DNA of 64,000 nucleotides from an uncultured Myxococcales bacterium (GTDB lineage Bacteria; Myxococcota; Kuafuiibacteriia; Kuafuiibacteriales; Kuafuiibacteriaceae): the NCBI GenBank assembly GCA_964473255.1, contig CAYYOT010000013.1, positions 21,075-85,074 of the forward strand, given 5' to 3'. Below are positions 46,851-56,935 of the stretch, one piece after another. The notes under the pieces were generated by a model. The model was not told where the DNA came from. It ran no database searches and saw nothing but the letters and a program-made list of their open reading frames with translations. Position 1 is the stretch's first letter. Each line of letters opens with the position of its first letter. Both the position numbers and the translations under genes were made by a program.

Positions 46851-47576
46851 CTACATCGTCTTCTGTGCCTGCTGGGACTTGGCGGCGAGGCGCTTGGCCT
46901 TCAGCTCCTCGAGCTTCTTGCGGGCGGTGACTTCGCCGGTCTGCACGCGGAGCTTTTCGAGCCGGCCTTCGAGGCTCTGACCTTTGAGCTCGGCGTTGAG
47001 CTTAGCCTGGGCGGACAACCCCTCGATGTGCTCGCGAACGTTGTCGAGCGCCTTCACCTCGGCGTCCACCGACAGACCGTCGAGCTGCTCCTGAACCTGA
47101 ATGCGGGCCTCGGCGCTCTTCATCTTGGCCAGCATCTGGTCCTTTTCCGCCTTCAGCTTCGAGATCTCGCCGGCCACGCTGAGCAGGGAGGACTTGGCGT
47201 CGTCGGCGTCGTGCCGTGCCTGGTCGAGGTCGACCTCGAGGTCGGCGATCTGAGACTCGAGCGCGCCCTGCCGGTTGATCAGGATGAGCGCCAGGTCGTC
47301 CTGGTTGGTCTCGACCGCCGTCTCCAGATCGCCGACGGTCTGAGCGAGCTCCTTCTGAGCCTTTTCCAGGCGGCCCTCGAGTTCTTCGCGACGGCGGATG
47401 ATCATCGCCGTCGCCTTCTTGAGCGCGTGGTGTTTCTCGATCAGCGAGTTAATCGAGTTCTCGTATGCGATCTCGGGGTGGCGCTTTTCGATGTCGCCCA
47501 CCCACAGGGACCAAAAGCCGCCCCAGAGATTACCCAGCCGCGAAAAGAAACCGCCTTGCGCCACGAGTCCGGCCAT
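46851..47576 (-). CDS. PspA/IM30 family protein
   Basis: FFSRLGNLWGG..IEKRHPEIAYE, long coiled coil, AKMKSAEARIQVQEQL, LEELK C-terminus. Start moved to 47576. Confidence 0.85.
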   Translation of the reverse strand: MAGLVAQGGFFSRLGNLWGGFWSLWVGDIEKRHPEIAYENSINSLIEKHHALKKATAMIIRRREELEGRLEKAQKELAQTVGDLETAVETNQDDLALILINRQGALESQIADLEVDLDQARHDADDAKSSLLSVAGEISKLKAEKDQMLAKMKSAEARIQVQEQLDGLSVDAEVKALDNVREHIEGLSAQAKLNAELKGQSLEGRLEKLRVQTGEVTARKKLEELKAKRLAAKSQQAQKTM

Positions 47577-47742
47577 AAGCACGGTCGGCAGGTAGGTCAA
47601 GGTGGAGACAACAAGCCGACGTTCACCACATGGCGAACACCCGGCGGACCTTTCACTGCGCGCCGCATACGAAGGACCACGGGACGCTCGATCGACATGA
47701 ACTTCGGTCGCTGTTACGTTCCCCGAGCCGCGCGGCCACGCC

Positions 47743-50700
47743 ATGAACGTCACGTGTCCTTCGTGTTCTTCCCGCTACAGCGTCGACGAGAGTCGGATTC
47801 CCCCCTCGGGCGCGTCCTTGCGTTGCCCGAATTGCGGACACAAGTTCCGCGTCAACCCGCCGGGCGCCCAACCAGCGCCGAGTGCCCATCCGGAACCGGC
47901 GATGCCCCAAGACGGACCGGTTCCGCTGCCGGGTTCGCCCGGCGAGGTCGATGATCGGACCACGGTGAGCCCTGGCCACTTCGAGCAAGGGGGCCCGACC
48001 GACTCGATTCCTTTGCCCGGGGCAGCGGCCTCCGGCCAACGCGCGCCGTCCACGCCGTCTCTGGCGCCCCGGCCCACCGCGACCGACCCCGTCCCGATGC
48101 CCCCATCGAGGCCGCCGGCCCCCGCCGCGCCGTCTCCCGCACCGCCGCCGAGCGCTCCGCGCGCCCCCTCCGTTGCACCGCGGCCCGACCCGACCGCAGT
48201 CCCGCTGCCCGGCACCGGGGGCCAGCGCGCAATGACCGACGTGGACAGCGACGACCTCGACCTCGGTCTCGACGATGAGCCGGTCGGAGCGGCCCCGCGA
48301 GCACCGTCGCTGAACTCGCCGTCCATGCCCGAGCCGGCGGACCTGCCCGGCCTCGTCACGTCGAATCAACCACCGTCCGACCTGCCGGGCCTGGTATCAC
48401 CCCAACAGCCCCCAACGGACCTGCCGGGCCTCGTACAGGCCCCCGCCATGGAAGATCCGCTCGGTTTCCTCAACGATCAGGCGGCTCGGTTGGATACCGG
48501 CGCCTCCGAGGGTGGCGGGGAGTTCCGGGTTCGCCATCGCGACGGTCGGATCGAAGGCCCATTCGGTCTTGGACATCTGCAAGCCAGACTGCGGGCCGGC
48601 GAACTCAAGGGTAACGAAGACATCTCGCCCGACGGCGTGGCGTGGCGGGCAATGACCAGCAACGCCGCGCTCAACCAGACGATCAACCAGGTGCAGGCCG
48701 CGGCCGACCCGTTGGCGTATGGCCAGGTCGACCTCCCGATGTCGCGGGGGACCGACCTGCCGGCCCCGGCGGGGACGGACCTGCCGGGCGTCCGCGAGCT
48801 CGGCGGCCCCGGCGCCGGCTCCGACGGTCTCAGCGACCTCAAGCTCGATACCGGTGCGCTGCCGAGTACTCGGGAGCCCGACTCCCTCGACGCCCTGATG
48901 GCCGGGCTCGACACGTCGAGCGAGGCGGCGGTCCCCGTCGCGCAACCGCCGCCGCCGTCGATGGTGCAGCCCAGCTCTTCGCAGCCCCCGGCCGGGCTGG
49001 AGCTGAGTTCCGAGGCGCTCGAAGTCGGCGAGATTCCGGACGTCCCACCGGTCTGGGAGCAGTACAAGACCCAGATCATCATCTTCGCGGTCGCGATGGG
49101 CGTCGTCGTGGTCGGCGCGGTCATGCAGTTCGCGACGCCCTACGGAGCGTACGGAATTCCGGCGCTGATCACCTACCTGACCACCGAGCCGCCCGCGCCG
49201 CCCCCAACGGCTCCGGCCCCGCCGCCGCCGAAGGTCATCGCCCCCGCGGAGATCGAGGCCCTCATGAAGGAGGGTTCATTCGAAGCGTATCGCTCGGTGG
49301 TCGCCACCCTCGAAGCGACGGCCGCCAGCAAGCCTGACGACGCCCTGACCGTGGCCCAGGCCCAGGCGTACGGATCGCTCCTGTATGGCGGCACGTACTT
49401 TCCGCTGGCGCAGACCGAGCGGTCGCTAAAGTCCGTCGCTGCGATCGACCTCAGCCAAACCCGTGGCGGCAACGCCGAGCAGGCGCGTCTCGAAGCGCTT
49501 GAAGCGCGCGCCGCAGCGGCGCTCGCGTCTTCCGACGGCGCCGACCTGGTCGCCGAGCTCCAAGCCGAGTCGGAGAAGAGCCCTTCCCGACCGAATCTCG
49601 CGTTCCTCTTGGGCCTGGCCCACGAGAAAGCGGACCGCCTGGAAGAGGCTCGTGCCGCCTACGATCGGGCCGTTCTGGCCGACGCGGCGCACGGCCCGAC
49701 GCTTCATGCGCTGGCTCGCATTTCGCTCGCGGTCGACGCCGGGGAGCAAGGCGCCGACGAGGCCGTAGCATGGGCCGACAAGGCTTTGGCCGCGCAGCCC
49801 AAGCTGGGCCTGCCCATTCTGCGCACGGCAGAACTCTTGGAAGGCGCCGGGCGAACCGGGGCCGCTCGCGTCGCGCGCCGCACGGCGGCCGAGCACGCCG
49901 CGGAGGCTCTGCCTCCCGACCGGCGCGCCCCCATCACGTCCGACGTCGCTCGGACCTACGACGACCTCGGACGGCTGGACGAAGTGGTGAGCATCGCCCA
50001 AGAGGCTGCGCGTCTCGAACCGGGCAGCGCCGAGCACGTCGCTCTGGCCGCCGTCGCGGATGCCCTGGCCGGCGCACCCGAGGCGGGGCTCGCGCGCATC
50101 GAGCCGGTTCTGACCCGCGAGCCGACCAACGTCGACGCATTGCTCGCGCGCGGCCGCGTGTATGGCGCCCAGCAGGAGATCGGGAAGCTGTTCCTGGACC
50201 TCGAGGCGGCGAAAGCTGCGGCTCCTCAAGACTATCGGGTCTATCTCTGGGACGCCCGCTTCAACCTGAAGCTCGGCAAACTCGAAGAAGCCCGCGAATC
50301 GTTCGTTCGCGCGCAGCGGCTCGCCGCCGACACCGCGGTTCCGACCATCGAGCTCGGCTTTGCCGAACTCGAGGCCGGCGACGTCGAAGCGGCCTTCAAG
50401 CAGGCGAAGAGCGCGGTCGACGTGGCACCGCACGACGCGCGCTCGCACGTTCTGCTCGCCGACTGCTACGTCGAGCGCGGTGAATTCAAGAAGGCGCTGA
50501 AGGTCTACCAGAAGGCGGTTACCATCGATCCCGACAATCTTTCGGCGTTTCTCGGCGAAGCCAACATGCTGCGCGAAATGGCTTCTCGCGAGCCTACTCC
50601 CGCCGAGTCAGAGCTCTTGGCCCAAGCCATACCGCTCTACGAGCGGGCCATGGAGCGCGACGGCGACAATCCACGGATTCTGTTCGAGTACGGCCGCGGA

Positions 50701-51558
50701 CTCGAGCTCCGGGGGGAGCTGCCGCAGGCGCTCGAGCTTTATGAAAAGGCCACCGCACTCGACGCCAACGACGTACGTCCGCACCTTCGCGTGACCGCGG
50801 CCTACCTAGAGCGCGAGCCCCCCGACCTCGAAGCCGCGGGCGGCTCGCTGGCTCGGGCTCAGAAGATCGAAGCGCAAGCGGGCAAGCAGTATGCGGACGT
50901 TCGCTTTTGGGAAGCGCGATACAAGATCCTCAAGCGCGAGTACTCGGACGCCGTGGCCAGCATGCGCCAGGCCGTGGAGAAGGAGCCCCGAAACGCCGAG
51001 TTTCACTACTGGCTCGGGAAGGCCCTCGAGAAGAACAACTCGTTGTACGAGGCCATCGCCGCCTATGAAGACGCGGTCCGACTCAACAGCCGCTACGCCC
51101 AGGCCCAGCGGGCCTTGGGCTGGACCGAGCTCGAGCGTCACCGCTTCAAGAAGGCGCGCCAGTGGTTCGCCAAGTATCAGAAGATGGAGCCGACCGACTT
51201 CAGCATCTACGTCGACATCGGCGAGAGCTACACTCGCCAGAACAAGGACACGCAGGCGCTGAAGGCCTTCCAGAAGGCCCTCGGTCACGATCCCAACGAC
51301 GTGCAGGCAATCCTGCAGATCGGAAAGATCTTGAGTCGCCAGGGTAAGGAGGCGCAAGCCGCCAAGAAGTTCGAGCGCGTCATCGAGCTGGAGCCCACGA
51401 ACTCGGAGGCCTGGTGCCTCGTGGGGATCAGCCGCTCTCAGCGCAAGGTGACGGTCAGCGCCCGCCAGGCGCTCGACACGTGCATCGCCGCCGACGATGC
51501 GCCCGTCGACATGCAGGAAGCCGCCCAGGAGATCCTGGACACGGCGTTTCACCGCTAG
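47743..51558 (+). CDS. MJ0042-type zinc ribbon - Pro-rich linker - GYF_2 - TM - periplasmic TPR protein
   Basis: CPSC..RCPNCGHKF; FRVRHRDGRIEGPF..GNEDISPDGVAW; one TM helix; many TPR helices. Confidence 0.85.
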   Translation: MNVTCPSCSSRYSVDESRIPPSGASLRCPNCGHKFRVNPPGAQPAPSAHPEPAMPQDGPVPLPGSPGEVDDRTTVSPGHFEQGGPTDSIPLPGAAASGQRAPSTPSLAPRPTATDPVPMPPSRPPAPAAPSPAPPPSAPRAPSVAPRPDPTAVPLPGTGGQRAMTDVDSDDLDLGLDDEPVGAAPRAPSLNSPSMPEPADLPGLVTSNQPPSDLPGLVSPQQPPTDLPGLVQAPAMEDPLGFLNDQAARLDTGASEGGGEFRVRHRDGRIEGPFGLGHLQARLRAGELKGNEDISPDGVAWRAMTSNAALNQTINQVQAAADPLAYGQVDLPMSRGTDLPAPAGTDLPGVRELGGPGAGSDGLSDLKLDTGALPSTREPDSLDALMAGLDTSSEAAVPVAQPPPPSMVQPSSSQPPAGLELSSEALEVGEIPDVPPVWEQYKTQIIIFAVAMGVVVVGAVMQFATPYGAYGIPALITYLTTEPPAPPPTAPAPPPPKVIAPAEIEALMKEGSFEAYRSVVATLEATAASKPDDALTVAQAQAYGSLLYGGTYFPLAQTERSLKSVAAIDLSQTRGGNAEQARLEALEARAAAALASSDGADLVAELQAESEKSPSRPNLAFLLGLAHEKADRLEEARAAYDRAVLADAAHGPTLHALARISLAVDAGEQGADEAVAWADKALAAQPKLGLPILRTAELLEGAGRTGAARVARRTAAEHAAEALPPDRRAPITSDVARTYDDLGRLDEVVSIAQEAARLEPGSAEHVALAAVADALAGAPEAGLARIEPVLTREPTNVDALLARGRVYGAQQEIGKLFLDLEAAKAAAPQDYRVYLWDARFNLKLGKLEEARESFVRAQRLAADTAVPTIELGFAELEAGDVEAAFKQAKSAVDVAPHDARSHVLLADCYVERGEFKKALKVYQKAVTIDPDNLSAFLGEANMLREMASREPTPAESELLAQAIPLYERAMERDGDNPRILFEYGRGLELRGELPQALELYEKATALDANDVRPHLRVTAAYLEREPPDLEAAGGSLARAQKIEAQAGKQYADVRFWEARYKILKREYSDAVASMRQAVEKEPRNAEFHYWLGKALEKNNSLYEAIAAYEDAVRLNSRYAQAQRALGWTELERHRFKKARQWFAKYQKMEPTDFSIYVDIGESYTRQNKDTQALKAFQKALGHDPNDVQAILQIGKILSRQGKEAQAAKKFERVIELEPTNSEAWCLVGISRSQRKVTVSARQALDTCIAADDAPVDMQEAAQEILDTAFHR
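48337..48443 (+). repeat. Three imperfect 39-nt (13-aa) xDLPGLV repeats
   Basis: ADLPGLVTSNQPP / SDLPGLVSPQQPP / TDLPGLVQAP; two further TDLP units near 48750-48790. Confidence 0.75.
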
Positions 51559-51585
51559 CGGAGCAACGACTCCGGGACACGCGCC

Positions 51586-53058
51586 CTACTCGGCCTGGAC
51601 GCGCAAGCTCACGACCACCTCCGGGTTCGCCGCATCGTTGCTGCGGATGATGAAGCGACTGCTGACGGCCCCCACCGCGGTGGGGACGGCGGCGATGGAA
51701 ATGAACTCGGACTGAAAGGCCGGAATCCTGGTCGCGCCGGCGTTACCCGAAGAAAAGACACCGGTCCCGTCGGCGTCGACGATCATTTCCGAGATCACCA
51801 GTTCATCGTCCCCGGCGTTTCCGACCACGATCCCGTCTTGACGAGACTCGCCGAACGGAACGATTCCGAAGTCGAGAACCTGCGGACCCACGTCGATCTC
51901 GGGACTCAGAGCAAAGCCCTGAAGTTGAATCTCGACCTCCCCCGAACCGCCTCCCGCGATGAGAAGGGTGCCGAGATCTTCACCGCGCGCCGTCGGCGCA
52001 TATCGGACGCCAATGTCGACGGTTCCGCCGGGCGTGAGCTCGTCGGGAGCGGTCAGCACCACGCCCTGAACGTCATTGACGACCGAGAAGGCGGAGCTCG
52101 TGCCCCCGCCAAAGCGCGCAGCTTGGAGCGTAACGTCGACGTTCGCGACCGCTTGGCAGCGCACCATCTCCTCGCCGGAGTCTCCGACGCTCACGTCCTG
52201 GAAGAAGACGGTAGAAGGGTCGCACCGCAGGCCGCCTTCGACTGCGGTTCCGCTCAGGTCCACGGCGAACTCACACTCCGGACCCCCGCAGCTCAGCAAG
52301 AAGCCGCCGCTTTCGAAGAAGCTGGAGACGTCCGGGGCAAATCGGATCTCGAGACTCGCGGTCTCGCCGCGAGCCACCCGGAATTCCGGGTCGTCGGCAA
52401 AGCCAGCCGTGGGCGGCTCGATGCAAAACGACGCGCTCGAGCCTTGGCCGCACACCTCGACGTTGAAGGAGTCCTGGACTCTGAAGTCGGCGTCGTCGTT
52501 GGTCTCGTTTTCGATTTCCAGGGTCAGCGTTTCTTCCGTGCCCACGACGACTTCGCCAAACTGGAGCGAACCCGGTCGTACGGTGAAGAAAGAGTCCACC
52601 CCTTGCCCTTCCAGAAGAACGAAGAAGTCTTCCGCCCGACCATCGATCAGAGCGCGAACCACGATCGTCGATGCCACCGGGCCCGATTTGGTCGGCGTGA
52701 AGATGATCCTGATCTGGGCCGAATCCAAGACCGTCTCCACATCGAACGAAAAAGCGGAAGAGTTGAAGGGCTGCCCCGGAAACACACCTTGCAAAACGGC
52801 TCCGTTCAGCGGCGTCGCGCTGACCACCACTTCCGCCAACGGACCACCGACGAGCACGGCTCCGAAACGCACGGTATCGCTGCTCAAGACGACGGTGGGC
52901 GCCGAACCGCCGTCGCCGCGGATACTCGCATCGGCCTGCCCCGACAGGCCGCCGTCGCGAAGGAGCAAGCCACCTTCGCCACCCGAGCAACCAAACGTGG
53001 CTGCTGTCGCCAGCAGGCCGAAGAGACCTCGCCGCAGCACACGGCCCTCGCTTAGCAT
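51586..53058 (-). CDS. Lipoprotein with tandem Ig-like (ASPM-SPD-2-Hydin / choice-of-anchor D) domains
   Basis: Lipobox TFGC; repeated L.FG.V.VG..TL.I.N..(N/D) units; ends IRSNDAANPEVVVSL. Confidence 0.8.
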   Translation of the reverse strand: MLSEGRVLRRGLFGLLATAATFGCSGGEGGLLLRDGGLSGQADASIRGDGGSAPTVVLSSDTVRFGAVLVGGPLAEVVVSATPLNGAVLQGVFPGQPFNSSAFSFDVETVLDSAQIRIIFTPTKSGPVASTIVVRALIDGRAEDFFVLLEGQGVDSFFTVRPGSLQFGEVVVGTEETLTLEIENETNDDADFRVQDSFNVEVCGQGSSASFCIEPPTAGFADDPEFRVARGETASLEIRFAPDVSSFFESGGFLLSCGGPECEFAVDLSGTAVEGGLRCDPSTVFFQDVSVGDSGEEMVRCQAVANVDVTLQAARFGGGTSSAFSVVNDVQGVVLTAPDELTPGGTVDIGVRYAPTARGEDLGTLLIAGGGSGEVEIQLQGFALSPEIDVGPQVLDFGIVPFGESRQDGIVVGNAGDDELVISEMIVDADGTGVFSSGNAGATRIPAFQSEFISIAAVPTAVGAVSSRFIIRSNDAANPEVVVSLRVQAE

Positions 53059-53109
53059 GAGCGCCAATCTAGCAAATGGAACGGGGAGTTTCGGAGGGGT
53101 TTTTCTGAG

Positions 53110-53138
53110 TTGCCTAACGGCTCGGCATTCCCTAGAAC
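53110..53138 (+). promoter_or_regulatory. Candidate sigma70-type promoter of tRNA-Thr
   Basis: TTGCCT-N17-TAGAAC ending 11 nt before the tRNA. Confidence 0.5.
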
Positions 53139-53149
53139 CCCGGTTCCGC

Positions 53150-53222
<73 letters not shown>

Positions 53223-53242
53223 AACCGGGGTCACCAGTCTCG

Positions 53243-54064
53243 ATGCTCACTGTCGCGTTGCTAATTGGTGCGGCGGCTCACGCAGCCGACGCCGAAACCC
53301 TCGTCGAGGAAGAGCTCGAGTTCTTGGTCACGGACCGGCCGGGGAACGGCAACGCGGCGGCGGTCGTGCCTCCGGCCCGGCTTCAGTTCGAGCTGGGGAC
53401 TCTGTACGCCCTTCAGCGAGACCAGCAGGTTTGCCAAGGCGACCCGACGTTCCCCGGAAACTGTACGACGACCGACGTCCACCAGGTGGCGTTCCCGGTC
53501 GCGCTGCGGTTCGGGGTGTTCGAGTGGCTCGAGCTGCGCGGCATCACGGGCGTCATGGGCATCGAGACCCAAGCGGGAGAGACCCAAGTCGAGCCCACGG
53601 ACACCGCCGGCGGCTTGAAGCTGGGCATCCTCACCCTGGACGGCTGGGTTCCCGATCTTGCGCTGATGGCCGATGTTTTCTTTGCCACCGGACGGGGTGC
53701 GTTCACCGGAGGCGCGACCGTCCCCGACATGCGAGCAGCCGTGGCCTGGGTTCTACCCGCACGGTTCGGTCTCTTTGGAAACCTCGGCGCCGACGTCCCC
53801 GAGGACGCCGCAGGGCGCTATGGGCGCTTCCTTTGGGTTTTTCAGGTGAACTACGCCATCCCTCTCGATGACCAGCTTCTCGTGCTCTTCGCTGAAGGCT
53901 ACGGGCGGGCATCGTTCTCAGAGCGAGACGAGTTCACCCAAGTCGACTTCGGGCTCGCCTGGGTTTTGAACCCCGACCTCCAGGTCGACTTCTTCACTCA
54001 GCACGGCCTCTTCGGTGAAACCCCTGACCTGCAGCTCTCGCTCGGTGTCTCGATCCGCGTCTAG
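53243..54064 (+). CDS. Outer-membrane beta-barrel (MetA-pathway of phenol degradation / transporter family)
   Basis: Signal peptide, TDRPG..AAVVPPARLQFELG, LRFGVFEWLELR, QVDFGLAWVLNPDLQVD, terminal LGVSIRV. Confidence 0.8.
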   Translation: MLTVALLIGAAAHAADAETLVEEELEFLVTDRPGNGNAAAVVPPARLQFELGTLYALQRDQQVCQGDPTFPGNCTTTDVHQVAFPVALRFGVFEWLELRGITGVMGIETQAGETQVEPTDTAGGLKLGILTLDGWVPDLALMADVFFATGRGAFTGGATVPDMRAAVAWVLPARFGLFGNLGADVPEDAAGRYGRFLWVFQVNYAIPLDDQLLVLFAEGYGRASFSERDEFTQVDFGLAWVLNPDLQVDFFTQHGLFGETPDLQLSLGVSIRV

Positions 54065-54125
54065 CTCCGCGCAGACTTTGGCTAAGGGTCACCCAACCGA
54101 CATCCGCACGGTCTATCGCAATGCC

Positions 54126-54986
54126 ATGCGGTGGCGTGGAATCGTGCTCGCCCTCACGGTGAGTGCGTGCGGCTCCGACGGAAGTGGAGTGTCCGTCGAC
54201 GTCGTCTTCCAGGCCGCCTTCCCGAAGATCGACGTCCGAACGATCGATCTGTCCTGTCGGACGACGAACGGCGACCGCCGCCTCAACACCACCGTCGTGC
54301 TGAATCCCGATCGATGGGAGGAGGGCTTTCTCACGCGAGAGATCGAGTTCGTCGTTTCGGGCTTCGCGCCGAGCCCGGCCGGATCGCTCGAACAGTGGAC
54401 GTGCGAGTCGGGGGCCCAGTCGCCTCGGACTTGCCTGGAGGGCCCCGTCATCGGGACGGCCTGCTCGACGGGCTCCGACTGCGGGGCCAGTGGCCTGTGC
54501 GGCAATCGATACGACTGCCAGGGGACGACGGAGCCTTTCGCGGTCAGCGAGGATGAACCGGCCGAGCCCGTGAACATGAACATCGACTGCGAGGACCGCC
54601 TCGGCGACGACCTGCTCATCAGTCCCGAGATCAACGCCTGTCCGGTGCCGGAAGACATCATCGTCTTCCCGATTCGTACCTACGTAGGTGGTGACCCGGT
54701 CAGCGCCTGGATCGTGAAGGCCACCGACCTCGAGCGAAACGAGATCATGGTCCAGTGGACCATCGACCCGCCAAGCCTGGGTACGTTCGGAGGGACCTGC
54801 GCGCCACCGGTCGGAGGCGTCGGCGACCCCGAAAACAACCCCGATTCGACCGTTCTTCAGACGGACTTCGAGTGCTGCCGACCGGGTTTCGGGAGCATCC
54901 TGCTGGAGATCGGGGACAACAACGGCTGCGAGTTCGACGACAATCAGTCCTTCGAGTTCGACGTGGAGTGCGTCCCGTCGCCGTGA
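54126..54986 (+). CDS. Cys-rich uncharacterised lipoprotein
   Basis: Lipobox VSAC-GSD; multiple Cys pairs (CSTGSDC..LC); Ig-like C-terminal part. Confidence 0.65.
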   Translation: MRWRGIVLALTVSACGSDGSGVSVDVVFQAAFPKIDVRTIDLSCRTTNGDRRLNTTVVLNPDRWEEGFLTREIEFVVSGFAPSPAGSLEQWTCESGAQSPRTCLEGPVIGTACSTGSDCGASGLCGNRYDCQGTTEPFAVSEDEPAEPVNMNIDCEDRLGDDLLISPEINACPVPEDIIVFPIRTYVGGDPVSAWIVKATDLERNEIMVQWTIDPPSLGTFGGTCAPPVGGVGDPENNPDSTVLQTDFECCRPGFGSILLEIGDNNGCEFDDNQSFEFDVECVPSP

Positions 54987-55040
54987 CGTCGAGCGACGGG
55001 ACCGTCGGCCGAGCGAGCGACCCACGCGCCTCGGCCGCGG

Positions 55041-56810
55041 TCAGGCGACTTCGAGCTCTTCGGTCGAGACGTCCATGATCGGCGCCTTGCCGGCCCGGAC
55101 GCGTTCGGCCAGCGCATGCCGATCCGGCAGGATGACCTCGAAGAAGTAGCGCGCACTCTTCAGCTTGGTCGCCGCCGTGGGCCCGCCGCTTTCTCGGGCG
55201 TGCTTGGCCTGCGAAAGCCACGAGAAGCCCATCGCCGTGAGGGCGAAGAGATTGAGGTAGTTCGAAGCGACCGCACCCGCGACTTCCGGATCGCCCATCG
55301 CCGTCTGCGCGAGCTCCATCGTGATTTCCGTCAGTTGCTTCGACGCCGACTTCAGGCCGTCGACCAGCTCCGCCAGCTCTTCGTACTCCTTCGTCGTCCG
55401 AATGAGCTGGGTGACTTCACCTTGGAAAGTCTGCAGAAGGCGCCCGCCGTGCAGGGGCAGCTTGCGCCCGACGAGGTCCAAGGCCTGAATGTGATTGGTT
55501 CCTTCGTAGATCATGGCGATGCGCGAGTCGCGCATGTACTGCTCGATCGACCAGTCGGTGGTGTAGCCCGCACCACCGCACACCTGCATCGCGTCGCTGA
55601 TGTTCTGAAAGCCCTGCTCGGTGAAGTAGCTCTTCACGACCGGCGTCAGGAGGGCGACCAGGTCGTCGCTGTGTTGGCGGACTTCCTCGTCGGGGTGAGC
55701 GAGCGAATTGTCGAGATGCACGGAGAGGTAGGTTCCCAACCCGCGCATGCCCTCGTTCGTCACCTTGATGTTCATCAGCATGCGACGGACGTCGGGGTGG
55801 ACCAAGATGGTATCCGCCGCATGGTCCGGATCTCGCTTGGCCGGGTCGAGAGCTCGGCTCTGCCGACGGTCCTTCGCGAACTCGAGAGCCGTCTGATACG
55901 CGATTTCCGCCAGGGCCAGGCCCTCCAGTCCCACGAACAACCGGGCGCGGTTCATCATGGTGAACATGGCCCGCATACCCTTGTGCTCCTGGCCAACCAG
56001 CCAACCCTTGGCGTTGTCCATCTCCATCACGCACGTGGGCGAGGCGTGGATTCCCATCTTGTGTTCGAGTCCGACGCAGTTGATGTTGTTGCGCTCTCCA
56101 TCGAGGGTGTACTTCGGCACCAGGAACACGCTGATCCCTTTGATGCCCGGAGGCGCGTCCGGCAGCCGCGCCAAGACGAAGTGAACGATGTTCTCCGTGA
56201 GGTCGTGTTCCCCGAACGTGATCCAGATCTTCGTTCCCGTCAGCCGATAGTGGTCCCCTTCCGGTTCAGCCTTGGTCCGGATCAGGCCGAGGTCGGTCCC
56301 GCACTGCGGCTCGGTCAAGCACATGGTGCCCGACCATTTGCCGCTGACCAGATTCGGCAAGTAGGCCTGCTTCTGCTCCTCGGTCCCGTGCGCCTCGATC
56401 GCCTCGATGAGACCGTGGGTGAGCCCTGGGCACATCGTCAGGCTCTTGTTGGTCGACGTCATCATCTCGGAGACGAGCGCCGCCAGCGTCTGCGGAGCTC
56501 CTCCGCCCCCGAAGGCCTCGGGTCCGCCGATACCTACGAACCCGTTCTCTACGAGACGGCCATAGGCCTCACGGAAGCCCGGAGGCGTCTTCACGGCGCC
56601 CGTCTCGGGATCCCACTCGAGGGGCGTCTCGTCGCCGACCCGGTTGGTGGGCAGCAGCACTTCGCGCATGAAGGTGCCGGTCTGCTCCAGCATCGCCGCG
56701 GCGGTGTCCAAATCGTAGGCCGTGAAGGCCTCGAGGGCGGCTAGCTCGCGGTAGCCAAAGGCTTCGAGCTGAAAGCGCATGTCGGTGAGGGGAGCTTTGT
56801 AGACCTGCAT
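55041..56810 (-). CDS. Acyl-CoA dehydrogenase (long FadE-type with N- and C-terminal extensions)
   Basis: WSGTMCLTEPQCGTDLG, GTKIWITFGEHD, EHKMGIHASPTC, IYEGTNHIQALDL. Confidence 0.93.
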   Translation of the reverse strand: MQVYKAPLTDMRFQLEAFGYRELAALEAFTAYDLDTAAAMLEQTGTFMREVLLPTNRVGDETPLEWDPETGAVKTPPGFREAYGRLVENGFVGIGGPEAFGGGGAPQTLAALVSEMMTSTNKSLTMCPGLTHGLIEAIEAHGTEEQKQAYLPNLVSGKWSGTMCLTEPQCGTDLGLIRTKAEPEGDHYRLTGTKIWITFGEHDLTENIVHFVLARLPDAPPGIKGISVFLVPKYTLDGERNNINCVGLEHKMGIHASPTCVMEMDNAKGWLVGQEHKGMRAMFTMMNRARLFVGLEGLALAEIAYQTALEFAKDRRQSRALDPAKRDPDHAADTILVHPDVRRMLMNIKVTNEGMRGLGTYLSVHLDNSLAHPDEEVRQHSDDLVALLTPVVKSYFTEQGFQNISDAMQVCGGAGYTTDWSIEQYMRDSRIAMIYEGTNHIQALDLVGRKLPLHGGRLLQTFQGEVTQLIRTTKEYEELAELVDGLKSASKQLTEITMELAQTAMGDPEVAGAVASNYLNLFALTAMGFSWLSQAKHARESGGPTAATKLKSARYFFEVILPDRHALAERVRAGKAPIMDVSTEELEVA

Positions 56811-56935
56811 GAATCGTTGACCTCCGGGAACGTTGTTTGACTGGTCAGTCAACGCTAACGCAGCGCGCTGTATTCCGTCCACCCACGCGGGGCCATCCGA
56901 TGACGAAACTTTCGCGCATCTGCGCTCGACAGACG

